Counted from the stretch's first letter, positions 24,000 to 36,660 are shown. The stretch is DNA of 64,000 nucleotides from Macrotis lagotis (GCF_037893015.1 NC_133658.1:742338877-742402876); one strand, 5' to 3'. Numbers and translations: made by a program. Notes: generated from the letters alone by a model not told the origin.

Positions 24000-26900
24000 A
24001 TAAACAATTAACTATAGAGAGACAGGTTTTGGTGACTGGGAAGACCTGTTTGAAAAGTTGACCTTTGAGATAAATTTTGAGAGGAGCTAGGAATGTCAAG
24101 AAGTAGAGATGGAGGGGGAGAACATTCCAAGAACAAAGGATACCAAAGATGGGAGATGGAGTGCCATATTTGAGTAACATCAAATCAGTATCACTAGATT
24201 GTTGAATGTTGAAATGGAAGTAAGGAAAGTCAAAGTGTGAGAATATGTAAAAATAGGAAGGAGTCAGCTTAAGAATAGCCTTAATTACCAAAAAAGGATC
24301 TTTTGGAGGTAATAGAAAGTCACTGGAGTGTACTAAGCTACAGGGACCTAGATAGACCTACACTGTAGGAAAATACTGGCATCTGACTGGAACACGGGAA
24401 GTAGGGAAGAAACTTGAGCCAGGGAGATTGATTAGAAGATTATTGCTGTAGTCAAAATGAGAAGTGATGAGGACTTAAAAAAATGTGGTGGCTCTGTGAA
24501 TAGAGGGAAAGGGAGAGATGTAGGTACATGTAGAAAGGAAAAGATTTGTGACCCCATTGGATATGAGAGGTCAGTAAGAATAAAGAGTGGCTGTGAATCT
24601 GAAAGATCAAGGACAGTACTGCTTTCATTAGTAATAGCTAAGTTCAGAAAGGAGAGGGTTTTTGGGGGGGAAAGATAAGTTCTGTTCTAGACATGATGAA
24701 TTTGAAATGTCCAGTTTGGAGGTCAAAGACTAGAGTTAGATAAACAGATCCAGGAATCCCCTGCTTAGAGACTAAATGAATTGGAAGTAATGAGGTCACT
24801 AAATAATAAAATGTAGACTCAAAAGGGTTATATAAATGTAAGTTGCCATTTGACACTATAATCAGGATTTTGAAGAATCCCCAAGTATTGCTAACAAATG
24901 GGCAGCTGAGAAAAATGCCTAATGATTTTAATGATATAGCTGGGGCAAAGGGTCCAGGGCAGAATCCTGGGGTACATCCATAGTTAGAGTTGTGACAAGG
25001 ATGAAGAAACAGCAAAGAGAACTGAGGAGTGTAAATTTGGATTAGGAGTGGGTTCAAGAAAAGCCAAAGAGAGTATTCAGCAGGGGTTGAACAGTTTCAT
25101 ATGCTGCAAAGAAGTCAAGAAGGAAAATGATTTAGAAATATTGAATTAGAAAATGAAGAGATTATTGGTAACTTTTGTAGAGTGCAGTTTCAGTTGAAAG
25201 AAGAGGTTGGAAGCCAAATGGCAGAATTCAGGAAAGTGAGAAGAAAAGAAATGGAGATAGTATAGATGAATTTATTAAGAGTGTAACAGAGGGGCAGCTA
25301 GGTGGCACAGTAGCTAGAGCGCCAGCCTTCGAGTCAGGAGTACCTGAGTTCAAATCTGGCCTCAGACACTTAATAATTACCTAGCTGTGTGGCCTTGGGC
25401 AAGCCACTTAACCCTATTTGCCTTGCAAAAACCTAAAAAAAAAGTTTAACAGAAAGGGGAAAGGGAAAAGGGCTATTTTGCTAGGATGGAAGGATCGGGT
25501 GAGGGTTTTTTGGGAGGATGGAGGAAACACAAACATGTTTGTAGGCAGAAGGGAAGAAGCCAGTAGAAAGGGAAACATTGAAGATTTAAGAACATGAAGA
25601 TGACAGGATAATTTGCTAGACAAGATGGATGAATAGATGGGCTTAAGAGTACATGTGGAAGAATTGGTTTTGGCTTAAAAGGCCTAGTCTCCATCAGAGA
25701 GAATTTATGAAGGGGGTGAAGGATTCAGTATGAGGGAGAAAGGGTTTTGGGGGTAAAGATGAGTTCTGCTCTGGAAATGGTGAAATTGAAATGTCTAGTT
25801 TAGACAGATTACAAATAGGATATTTTCTTGACAGCAGACCCTGTTTTTGCCTTCAATGAAATATTAGGTGAGGTTGTTGCCTGAAACAGTATGGAGGAGG
25901 ATGTGTCATGGGGAGATTAGTAAGAGACAAGGTTTGGAACTGCCACTGTGATAAATAGGGTCCTATGTGATTATACTAGAAGGATCACCTTGCTACCATG
26001 AAGGCCTTACACAAAACAGAGAACATAAAATTTATAGTGGACCTAATTAGCTATATAGTATTTTTTTAAAAACTTTTTTCAGTTCCATTCAATACTACAT
26101 GGATAGTCACAAAGGATACAAAAGGGGAGTATAATCCAAGGTTGGCATTTTATAAGGCAGGACTGGTTATAGGGAAAGATGGAATGATAAAAGATTATGG
26201 TACAAATAAAGGAATTTCATTGTTCATCCACATAGAAATAGAACATTGATGGTGATATCAGAAGAATTGAGCATGTGGCCCTTTTCGTGCAGCCAGGATG
26301 GAGTGGAGGAATCAGTTAAGGGGAATGAGCATACTGAGGAACTGGGAAATTGAGCATTTAAGGGAACAAAACGGACATCAGTAAGAGAAGGTGTAGTGTC
26401 CTAAAATGATGAAAGGAGATGGAAAACATTATAATAGGAAAACAATATAATAGACCCTGAATTCAATGAAGAGGGAGGGATGACCTAGGGTTCATGAGAT
26501 ATTGGCTACCAGGCGTTAGATTGGGGCATAAATTTGGGTAATTATTGAAAAAAATATTTAGTACCTACTTGTGCTGCTACTGAGCCAGTATCTGTAAGTA
26601 CAAGTAAGACAAAAGAAATAGCTGCTCTTAAGAATCTTAGCCTAATGGAGGAGACAGCATACAAACAATTATGTGCCAATGTACTGTTTACAGGATAAAT
26701 TGGAGATAATCAAGAGAGGAGACATTAGAATGTGAAAAGCCATTCTGTTGAAGGCAAGAATTTAGCTTTGAAGGAAGCTTGGTGATGAGGCAGGAATGTT
26801 CTCTTCACAAGAACAATTGGTGAAAATGCAGAACTGCAAGAAGGCCAAAGTCATTGGATCACAGAGTTACCTGGGGGGTGGGATGAAGTGGTAAGTGTGA

Positions 26901-27420
26901 AGTATAAGAGTGGAAGGAGGGGGCTAGGTTATAAAGGACTTTGAAAACCAAACAAGACCTTATATTGGATCTGGAAGTGGATAGTGTAAGAAGAGAGGTT
27001 GTCAGTTGATGGTTTTAAATTCTGAAAGAGGCAATGGCAATGAATAATCAGACTCTACACCATGACAAATGAGAAAAGAATATAGCCAGTGTTGGAAAGG
27101 CCTAGGTATGGATGCAGTGTTACCAGTCTCAGCAATTTCAGAGGGAAGGAGTGAGAAGGAAAAAGGTTAAAGGAAGTTCCAGTAGATCTAGAGAGGGAAG
27201 TTGAAGAAATCAAGTTGATGAAAATAAGAAAACAACTGGAGAAAAGAAAATGGTTTTGGAAGTATTCAAATCCTTTAGAAATAAATCCAGGTTATTAGTG
27301 GATGGGGAAGGGTCCCTTGAGGGAGTCAGATAGATGTTTCAAGTTTGTCCTGGGAGGCCTCCGAAGAAGGTAGTGAGGTAGGTCAGAGCTGGAACTGATG
27401 TTGACCCAAGAGTCCCTCTG
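24000..27420. repeat. Cluster of an unclassified high-copy interspersed repeat family; a shorter copy lies at about 5560-6420
   Basis: Blocks such as gaatttgaaatgtccagtttggaggtc / ggtgaaattgaaatgtctagtttagacag, ggaacacccaaatttaggaaatgcag, and ggtgagggttttttgggaggatggaggaaacacaaacatgtttgtaggcagaagggaagaagccagtagaaagggaaacattgaag recur within the window. I recognise this motif set as one abundant repeat; its class is not assigned here. Confidence 0.45.
25294..25440 (+). mobile_element. tRNA-derived SINE copy nested in the unclassified repeat cluster
   Basis: ggggcagctaggtggcacagtagctagagcgccagccttcgagtcaggagtacctgagttcaaatctggcctcagacactt...ttgcaaaaacctaaaaaaaaa. Confidence 0.85.
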
Positions 27421-27927
27421 TGGAATTCACTTTATCTTTGCAGCATTGCATTTGGACTTGATTTTAACATGGTGCTATCAATACCAGGGACATGCTATAT
27501 TATCCTTTATAGGATTGCCCATGGTTTTTGTTTTAGTAATCTAATGTAATATGATCAGTCATGAAATCATATATGATCATGGTCAATCTGGTTAGTTTAG
27601 AGCATCTGCTCCCTGGACCCATGTTACATTTTCTTTTGCTGGGATGCTGAGAACTTCCTGAAATTTCAGTGAAACAGTGACGAGCAGAACTGAGCTTGCT
27701 AGATTTCTTTGCATTAGAGTTAGTTATATTCTGAACAAACTTGGAATTTATATAGCAGTTCTGTTAAAGCAAGTCTGGGGCCAACTGTGGGGGTGGTGGG
27801 GAGGAATAGGAAGAGATTGAGTATTTTTATAGTGCCTGCTATGTCTCAAGCACAGTGCTGAGGGCTATGCATTATTAGCTCCTTGGATCCTCACAACTCT
27901 GGGAGGTTTTAGAATGAAGTTAATGGG

Positions 27928-28065
27928 GCAGCTAAGTGGCACAGTGTAGTCAGGAGTACCTGAATTAGATTCTGGCCTCAGACACTTAATAATTACCTAG
28001 CTGTATGGCCTTGGACAAGCCACTTAACCCCATTGCCTTGCAAAAACAACAACAACAAAAAATGG
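27928..28065 (+). mobile_element. tRNA-derived SINE copy with an internal deletion
   Basis: ggggcagctaagtggcacagtgtagtcaggagtacctgaattagattctggcctcagacacttaataattacctagctgtatggcc...ttgcaaaaacaacaacaacaaaaa. Confidence 0.75.
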
Positions 28066-28908
28066 AATGAAGTTAAGGGATGTGCCCAGGGTCATGCAGC
28101 TGTGAGTATCTGAAGCTGACTTCCTGCTCTGGTTCTAGTTTCATTTTTCAGCCAGGGGTGGTCTATGCCAGAGCTTTATGTCTAGTTCAAGAGGTAAACT
28201 GGATTTTTGGGTTGAGGTGGTTAGAAGGTATAGTCTATAAGATAGACAATCACAGTGTCTGCAATATTAAATTTTTTCTAAAGCAAGTCAGGAATTCTTA
28301 ACCTTAAAAAATTTCTTATTAAAACATTTTGATGACTATGTTTGGTTTTTCTTTATAATGATATGTATTTACTTTATACATCTAAAACATTCTGAGAAGG
28401 GGTCCACAATCCATGTCACACAAAAAAGTTCATAACTCCTGTCCTTGGTAATTAAGAAGTTAAAATACATCTGATATTTAAAACTTAATATATATCCAGA
28501 TTATAGTACACCCAGGTAATTTTAATCTCTAAATTACCTAAACAACCCCCTCAGGGGGATATGGAATAACATAATTTAATGTACTATGGCAGCTAGGTGG
28601 TTCAGTAAATAACATCTTGGATTTGGAACCGGTAAGACCCAAGTTCATATATAGCTTCAAAGACAATTTGTGACTGTGTTGACCCTAGGAAATATGCTTA
28701 GTCTGTCTCGACTGCAAAGTGAAGATGTCAGTAGCTACATCCCAATGAAGATCAAATGGGACATATGTAAAATGCTAAGTAAAGTCCTGGCCCACAGTTG
28801 GTGGTGTGTGGGTGGAGGGCTGTATTGGTGTATATACTTACTCCCTTCTTAGGAGATGTTTTCTATATTCACTAGATTACTCATAAAGTATTCTTTTCCT
28901 TTTTTTAG

Positions 28909-29010
28909 CTCGTAACCAGTGAAATATTTGAACCAGTGATATGCCCTGTTCCTGATTCTAAAGTACATGAAGAAGAAATTCATGGAGAAATCAGCCATCC
29001 TGATGGAAAG
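28909..29010 (+). CDS. CENPJ: CENPJ coding exon 13
   Basis: Acceptor ttttcctttttttag|ctc. Translation LVTSEIFEPVICPVPDSKVHEEEIHGEISHPDGK matches human ...DIQGEISHPDGK. Donor AAG|gtaaaa. Confidence 0.88.
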
Positions 29011-29539
29011 GTAAAACTTTATGAAACTTATTTTAATCTTAAAGATCTGAATCTATCCATCTGCTGCTGAAAAATGAGAGCAAATTACTATATTCCATCA
29101 TCTCCCCTTAATAAGCTGTTCTAATTGTCGCTGGTAGCTTGTTGAAATATGTGAAGAAAGCAAAGAGAATAGATATCTCTGAGAATAAAGAATTATAAAG
29201 TTGTACCCAGGTTTTTAGTTCCTCTTTTTGAAAATTGAAACATGAATATTGGTGATGGAGAGAAACAATATGATTTCAATATAAGAAGGCCCTTGGAGAT
29301 CTAGACTTCCATTCAAAGTAGGAATATTATCTTCTTATAATATCTCTTTTTTTAAAAATTTTTTTAAAATTTTATTTTTTAATTCTCATTTTGTACAAAT
29401 GGTTTTTTTTGCATTAATAAAATATTCTTGTTTAAGAGTGAACAAAATACCCCTCCCCCCATGAATATAGATAGACTTGCTTGGGCGAAAAAGTAAAGGG
29501 GAGAGAAAAAAATTAAAATAAAAAAAATTATAGTAATAA

Positions 29540-29890
29540 CTGTAGGTATGGTCAGGTGGCACAATGGACGAAGCACCAGCCCTGGAGCCACGAGCATCCA
29601 AGCCCACATCCAACCCTGCAGACCCAACAATCACCCAGCCGTGTGACATGCAAGCCACTCGATCCCCACTGCCCTGCAAAAACCTAAAAGAAGAAAAAAA
29701 AGACCCAAAATAAAATAAAATAAAATAGTAATAATAGTAGGGGTGGCTTGGTGGCAGACAGAGCATTGGCCCTTGAGTCAGGAGCACCTGGGTCCAAATC
29801 CGGCCCCAGACACCCAAAGATCACCCTGCTATGAGGCCCCAGGCAGGCCACCCATCCCCATTTGCCCTGCACCCTCCCCTAAATAATAAT
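29540..29890 (+). mobile_element. Two tandem, strongly transition-skewed (C-rich) SINE copies at about 29540-29695 and 29738-29890 (see findings)
   Basis: ggtcaggtggcacaatggacgaagcaccagccctggagccacgagcatccaagcccacatccaaccctgcagacccaacaatcacccagccgtgtgaca...ctgcaaaaacc and ggggtggcttggtggcagacagagcattggcccttgagtcaggagcacctgggtccaaatccggccccagacacccaaagatcaccctgctatgagg... both align to the SINE consensus with many T>C substitutions. Confidence 0.7.
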
Positions 29891-30716
29891 AATAAAAAAT
29901 GTGCTTCAGTCTTTGTTCCAACACCAACAACTCTGTCATGGGTGGATCACATTCTTCATGATAAGTCCTTCGCAAAAGTTACTTCCATATTTTTCCAACA
30001 TTGCCATTGCTGATCGCAACTCCCTCCTTTCTTATTTCTCCACTACCATGTACTATATTTTCTCTCTCCTTTCACTCTGACTCTGCTGTAGGGTCACTGA
30101 GTGGCACAGCAAACAGATCCCTGGTCCTGGGGCCAAGAAGCCCTGAGCCCCCATACCACCCCTTAGGCCCAGAATCCACCAGGCCCTATGGTCCTGGACA
30201 GGCCTTCCAATCCCAACCCCTTGCAAGAAGTAAAAAAGAAAATGTGTTATATCTGGCCACTCTTCCCCCATGATCCATCCTCTCCTCCTTTATTCACATC
30301 CCCACCCCTTCCCTCTGCTCCCCCCTCCTTCTTACTCCAGATGTCTATACCCCATTGAGTATATTTGCTGTTTCCTCTCCTAGCCACCTCTGATGAGAGC
30401 AAAGGTTCCCTCATTCCCCCTTGCCTCCCCCCTTCCATATCACTGCAATAGTTCATTGTAATAATAAAAAAAATCTTATTATATGGAATATCTTGGCCTA
30501 TTCTCCCCTCTCCTTTTTCTTTCTCCCATTACATTTCCCTTTTTTTTCTATTGACTCCATTTTTACACCATATTTTATCTTCGAATTCAGCTTTCTCCTG
30601 TGCTTCAACTATAAAAGCTCCCTCTACTTGCTCTATTAACTGAGAAGGTTCATATGAGTATTATCAGTGTCGTTTTTCTATGCAGGAATACATGCAGTTC
30701 GTCATCATTAAGTCCC

Positions 30717-32550
30717 TTATATTTCCCCCCTCTCCTCCAATCTCCATGCTTCACCTGAGTCCTGTATCTGAAGATCAAACCTTCTGTTCAGCTCTGGCCA
30801 TTCCAAAAGGAACATTTGAAATTCCCCTGGTTCATTGAAAGTCCATCTTTTTCCCTGGAAGAGGACATTCAGCCTTGCTGGGTAGTTCATTCTTGGCTGC
30901 ATTCTAAGCTCTTTTGCCTTCCAGTATATTGTATTCCAAGCCCTATGAGCTTCCAATGTAGTTGCTGCTAAGTGCTGTGTGATCCTGACTGCAGCTCCAT
31001 GATATTTGAACTGTGTCCTTCTGGCTGCTTGTAATATTTTCTCTTTGACTTGGGAGTTCTGGAAATTGGCTATAATATTCCTAGGGGTTGGTTTTTTGGG
31101 ATCTCTTTCTCGGGGGGATAGGTGGATTCTCTCCATTTCTATTTTGCCCTCTGCTTCTAGAATATCAGGGCAATTTTCCTGTAGTAATTCTTTGAAAATG
31201 ATGTCAAGGCTCTTTTCCTGATCATGACTTTAAGGTATTCCAATAATTTTTAAATTATCTTTCCTAAGTCTGTTTTCCATATCAGTTGTTTTTTCAATGA
31301 GATATTTCACATTTTCTTCTAATTTTTCATTTTTTTTTGGTTTTGAAGTATGGATTCTTGATTCCTGGTAAATTCATCAATCTCCCTGAATTCTATTCTT
31401 TGTCTGAAGGATTTGTTCTCCTCAGAGAGTTTTCTTATCTCTTTTTCCAACTGGCCAATTTTGCTTTTTAAGGCATTCTTCTCCTCAATAACTTTTGAAC
31501 TGTTTTATCCATTTGACCTAAGCTGGTTTTTAGCATGCTATTTTCTTCAGCATTTTTTTGGATTTCCTTGACTAAGCTGCTGACTTCATTTTCATGTTTT
31601 TCCTGCATCTCTCTCCTTTCTTTGCCCAGTTTTTCTTCTAACTCCCTCATTTGATTTTCAAAGTCTTTTTTGAGCTCTGTCATAGCCTGAGCCCAATTTC
31701 TGTTTTTCTTGGAGTCTTTAGATGCAGGAGCTTGTGCTTCCTCATCTTCAGACAGAGTATTTTGATCCTTCTTGGGCTCATGAGCAAAATATTTCTCAAT
31801 GGTCTTCCTCTTATTTCTCTGCTTGCTCATTTTCCCAGCCTGAGCCTGGTTTTGGGGTGCTTCCTGAGCTTTTGGGACACTCCCACAAGGGTCTCAGTGT
31901 GTGAGGCTCTGTCCTCCCCCTGGTCTGTGAATGACCATAAGCACCTCCCTCTGCCAGGTGGCTGAGGTGGGGGGGCCCTGTTGTTCTGTGGGGGGCCTAG
32001 ACTGGGATCAGGATCTGAATGTGGTCAGAGCCCCAGAGTCCTGTTCCAGAGGCAGAGGACAGAGCTCTGCAAGTCTCTCTCTCTCTCCACTCCCCTCCCT
32101 AGGTTCAATGGGCTCATGGGGGCTCCTGCTTCTGTTTCCTGGTCTGGGGGAAAGACCATGCTGCTTGCTGTGTGCCCTGAGGGCTGGGCTCCACGTGCTT
32201 GCTCTGGCAGAGGTCCCCTGTTGTTCCCCCACTTTGTGCCTGGTGCTCCCCGGGGTGCAGCTCAGGAGACTCCCCTGCTGCTGTGAGCCGCGACTCCCAG
32301 TGCCCTGGGCCTGCCTCCCGGAGGCTGAAGTTCTTTTGCTTTGGCGGGCCACCCCTCTGGCCAGCTGCCCCTCCAACCCTGGGAGCAGAGCCTTTCTGCT
32401 CTTTTCCAGGTTACCTTGAGTAGGAGAACTGCCTCACTGGGTCTCTTTGTGGGTTCTGTCTCTCGAAAGTTTAGAATCCTTAGTTTCACGTTTTATCAGA
32501 GAGGCCTAAGACTTGATCCCTTCCTGTAGCCATCTTGGCTCCGCCCCCTA
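30717..32550 (-). mobile_element. L1 (LINE-1) 5' fragment on the - strand: GC-rich 5'UTR (about 31831-32550) plus disrupted ORF1 (30717-31830), antisense in CENPJ intron 13
   Basis: Minus-strand ORFs 31468..31830 (MSKQRNKRKTIEKYF...coiled-coil) and 30717..31136 (...NFQNSQVKEKILQAARRTQFKYHGAAVRITQHLAA...RWTFNEPGEFQMFLL) look like the L1 ORF1p N-terminal coiled-coil and RRM/CTD. The two are separated by a frameshifted gap. The region 31900-32550 is GC/CpG-rich like an L1 5'UTR. No ORF2 follows. Confidence 0.7.
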
Positions 32551-33792
32551 TAATATCTCTTAATAAGTAATTGAATAGCCTCTCCTCAACTTCCCTAACA
32601 GGGAGTTTATCACTTGTGTTTCAAAGCTCCTCCTCTTTTAATTTTTATGCATTTCTTCCAATTTTGTCCAGCTATCTATTTAGGATGTCTATTACCCTCT
32701 TATCTTTCATAAAACATTTTAATACATTTTTAAACTCAAGGTGAGGTATCAGAATATGAGTTTATAAGATATGCTACCTGAATACACAGTATGGTCAGTT
32801 CTACCACACTGGAAAAATGTGTGGTCATGGCAAGATAGCTAGCTGAGTCTTCAGAAAAGCAGACTTAAGTATGGAGTAGCATGGCACCAGACTGGCCAGT
32901 TGGTTATATATTCTTTGGCTATAGTTCTCCACACTATATGGCCTTCAATCCTGTTAAAACCCCCTTCTGTTACTGTATTGATGGTAGTGGAAGCAGGCAA
33001 CCAAAGGTGCTAATCAGCAGGCGTTTATTAAGCATCTACAGATGCTGAATAAAGGCTTTAGGAATTAAAAGAAAAATAGAATTTTCTATCTTTTAGGATC
33101 TTAGAAGTTGGTACTCTTCAACATGAAATTCTTTTCCAGTGACCAAGAGCCATAACTAATAGAGGAACTGAATTAGGTCAATCTTGATTTTGACAATAGT
33201 CAGGTAAAAAGAATAACTTACAAATTTTTCTTAGAGCATTGACATAGTTGATTTTATCCTGCACCCAAAAACCACCAACATAGGTTCTTCAGTATCTTAT
33301 GATCTTGCATGTTAATGCTTATTACTAGAATCAGAACAAAGACTACCATAAATAAATGGTATGTATTTAGCTATGATGAAATGGCAGAGAAATTCTATAA
33401 AAACTCAGACCCCAAATTTAATTTATTTTTTGAATTCAAAATAAAAATAGAGGGTAGGCAGGATGAGAAATAAACTGAAAAACAGAAATTAGAGAAAAAT
33501 AATGTAGCTTCATATTTGAACTGCTGAGTGATGAACATAATCATCAAATATCACAAAAAAAAGCTGATTTCATTTTAATATGTAGTAAATGCTTTGTATT
33601 CATTATTGATTCAGCTGACTAAAATTCATATTAAATCTATAAGAATAGAAATGGATAAAAAATTATGCAATCTTAACAAGTCAAGACAATTTTTGGATAA
33701 TGACAAATTGATTGTATCCTTCCCATTTTGAGATCAGAGGAGTGATCAGCAAATATTTGACCTATTTTCCAGACTTTGATGAATATTATCTT

Positions 33793-33915
33793 GTTGATAG
33801 AGCAACAGCCCTTTAGATAGGAGGACCTAAGTTCAAATCTGGTCTCAGACACTTAATACTTACTTAGCTGTGTGACCTTGGCCAAGTCATTTAACCCCAT
33901 TGCCTTACAAAAAAG
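33793..33915 (+). mobile_element. 5'-truncated tRNA-derived SINE copy
   Basis: cagccctttagataggaggacctaagttcaaatctggtctcagacacttaatacttacttagctgtgtgaccttggccaagtcatttaaccccattgccttacaaaaaagg. Confidence 0.7.
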
Positions 33916-34454
33916 GAGGATGGTTAAAGGTTGAAGACTGAACACTGTCCCAGAAAGGCAGAAAGAAGCAGCGTGGAATCATTTAAAGAAAGTTTAGCAA
34001 GAGATCCTACTAAAACAAGGTCATCAAAGGATAAAACTAGAACAATTTAGAGAGCTGCAGAGATTTTTTAAAATTTATTTTTATTAAAGATATTTGAGTT
34101 TTACAATTTCCCCCCCCAATATTACTTCCCTCCCCCCACCCCCCCATGGAAAGCAATCTGTCAGTCTTTACTTTGTTTCCAAACTTTGATCCAAATTGGG
34201 TGTGCTGCAGAGATTTTTAAACAAACTTTTTTCACCATCAAAAATGGCAGTCACTCTTCTTTGACAATAAAATCAAATTATAGATGTGCTTACAGAGGTA
34301 GAAATAACACTGAGAAGAAAAGCAACTTGATTAGAGCTAACTTTCATAAGAGATCTGCTGAATGGGATTGATTCACAAAATTTATCTATGATGATGATGA
34401 TTCTGAAGACATGGAAAAATCAGACTTCACAGAAGACAGCTCAAATTACACCTT

Positions 34455-34610
34455 TTTTTTTCTTTTTTGCAAGGCAAATGGGGTTAAGTGGCTTGCCCAA
34501 GGCCATACAGCTAGGTAATTATTAAGTGTCTGAGGCTGGATTTGAACTCAAGTACTCCTGACTTCAGGGCCGATGCTCTATCCACTGCGCCACCTAGCCA
34601 CCCCTCAAAT
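34455..34610 (-). mobile_element. tRNA-derived SINE copy (first of a same-orientation tandem pair)
   Basis: ttttttgcaaggcaaatggggttaagtggcttgcccaaggccatacagctaggtaattattaagtgtctgaggctggatttgaactcaag...gcgccacctagccacccc. Confidence 0.85.
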
Positions 34611-34709
34611 TCCACCTTCTGCATGGGGTCTTTTGATCTATTTAGAAGATCCTTACCAAAGATCTTCTGATTCTTCCCCTTTCCTTCTAAAAACTTTCCT
34701 TTTTTTTTT

Positions 34710-34860
34710 TAAGGTTTTTTTTTTTTGCAAGGCAATGGGGTTAAGTGGCTTGCCCAAGGCCACATAGCTAGGTAATTATTAAGTGTCTGAGGCCGGATTT
34801 GAACTCAGGTACTCCTGCTTCCAGGGCCAGTGCTATCTACTGCGCCACCTAGCCACCCCA
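34710..34860 (-). mobile_element. tRNA-derived SINE copy (second of the tandem pair)
   Basis: ttgcaaggcaatggggttaagtggcttgcccaaggccacatagctaggtaattattaagtgtctgaggccggatttgaactcagg...gcgccacctagccacccc. Confidence 0.85.
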
Positions 34861-35027
34861 AACCTTCCTTTTGAGGTTACCTGTGTGTATATTTTATGTG
34901 TATATAGTTGTTTTTCATGTTGTCTTTCTCAGGAGAAGTAATCAATTTCTTGAGGGCAGGGATTGTGTTTTTTGCCTTTGTATCCTTAGAATAGTAGCTA
35001 GTAAAGGCTTAAATGTGGCTTGAGGGG

Positions 35028-35150
35028 GGCAGCTAGGTGGTGCAGTGACTGAGCATTGACCCTGGAATCAGGAGGACCTGGTTTCAAATATGACCTCAGA
35101 CACATAATATCACTTAACCCCATTGCCTTGTCAAAAACAAAAAAAAAATA
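35028..35150 (+). mobile_element. tRNA-derived SINE copy (forms an inverted pair with the copy at 35265-35410)
   Basis: gggggcagctaggtggtgcagtgactgagcattgaccctggaatcaggaggacctggtttcaaatatgacctcagacacataatatcacttaaccccattgccttgtcaaaaac. Confidence 0.8.
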
Positions 35151-35264
35151 TGAATAAATGCAGCTTGATCAGTCTTATTAATATCTAAGAAGTTATTCAT
35201 TTTCCAGCCAGTTGTGTGGTCAAGATGTGATTTTTTTTTAAATAAAGATTCTGTTGAATGAATT

Positions 35265-35410
35265 TATTTTTTTTTGCAAGGCAGTGGGGTTAAGTGGCTT
35301 GCCCAATGCCACACAGCTAGGTAATTATTAAGTGTCTGAGGCTGGATTTGAACTCAGGTACACCTGACTCTAGGGCTGGTGTTCTAACCACTGTGCCACC
35401 TAGCTGCCCC
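35265..35410 (-). mobile_element. tRNA-derived SINE copy
   Basis: tttttttttgcaaggcagtggggttaagtggcttgcccaatgccacacagctaggtaattattaagtgtctgaggctggatttgaactcagg...gtgccacctagctgcccc. Confidence 0.85.
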
Positions 35411-36507
35411 CTGTTGAATGAATTTAAATAGAAAGATATATAACAAATAAGAGAACATGTTTATTCTCTAATTGTCAAAATTAGGAAAGGATAAAAATAC
35501 CAAATTGCTTGCCAAAGACATAAACTCATTGTGATGGACTATGCAAAAACTCAAATTTTGAAGCACTTCCTTTGGATGGTAAGTTCAAGTGCTATTTGAA
35601 GATTCAAGTTGTGCTGACTGCATCAAACCTTAACCTACAACAATGCCTCCCCTAAAGAGAACCATAATTACTCAAGCATTTGGGCAACCATATACCAGGA
35701 AAAACAAAATGAATTAAGACATTTTTCTCTTAGCTTTTGACAATCAAATGGAAGGATAACCTAAATAATGTGTGTCCTACCATGTGTAAACTGGGAAAGG
35801 CAGAACAAATTATCGATGAGTTTAGCCCCATGATTAAATAGGGGAAGAAAAGAGAGGTGGGAAAAATTGCATAACTTTTCTAGTGAGCATTCTCTATAAA
35901 TTCTACCAGTGCTTTAGGACAAAACAAGACTTAAAAAACAGAACAGTGAAGTACATGATGGATGTAAGTATGCTAAAATAGAAATATTAAGGAAACTAGA
36001 TAATTAAAAGATAGTAATAGATGTTCATTTCAACATATATGAATTTCTCTTCCCTAACTCTCCAAGAATTGCCCTCCTTTTTTACCTAAGAAATACAAAC
36101 CAAAAACACTAAAAAATAAACAGGCTAAGTTATATAAAGTTTTTCAAAATTATAGTCCCTTTACTTTGGTAAATAATGGAGAGAAGTACCTTTTCAAATT
36201 TTTTACCTTGGTCTAAGCTTGAGCATTATAATTGTTCCATTTAAAAATTGTTTTAATCTATCCATTTACATTGTTCTAGTTATTGTGGATGATTTTTTTT
36301 TGCTTACTATTTTACTTTTCCATCAGTTCATGACATTCCCCCAACTATAATTTATTCTACTTCTAGTAGTTTGAACCTTGGTTTTGATATCCCTCCCAAC
36401 CTAATCATCTTCCCTTTCCATTCTTAACTATTAAAATTATGTGAAAAAAGTTGATTTCCATAAGTAGAGAAAGAAGAAAAATATCTTTTTACTTAAATAT
36501 CTTTTAC

Positions 36508-36660
36508 AGGGGGCGGCTAGGTGCCTTAGTGGATAGAGCGCCAGCCCTGGAGTCAGGAGTACTTGAGTTCAAATCCGGCCTCAGACACTTAATAATTACC
36601 TAGCTGTGTGGCCTTGGGCAAGCCACTTAACCCCATTGCCTTGCGCAAAAAAAAAAAACC
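36508..36660 (+). mobile_element. tRNA-derived SINE copy (inverted partner: truncated copy at 36841-36933 on the - strand)
   Basis: gggggcggctaggtgccttagtggatagagcgccagccctggagtcaggagtacttgagttcaaatccggcctcagacacttaataattacc...ttgcgcaaaaaaaaaaaacc. ORF-track entry 36589..36789 on the - strand is inside it. Confidence 0.85.

Noticed and set aside
31931-32529. Cluster of overlapping ORFs (up to 162 aa) on both strands
   Set aside because: They lie in the GC-rich L1 5'UTR-like block, where high GC removes stop codons. They have no codon periodicity or homology.
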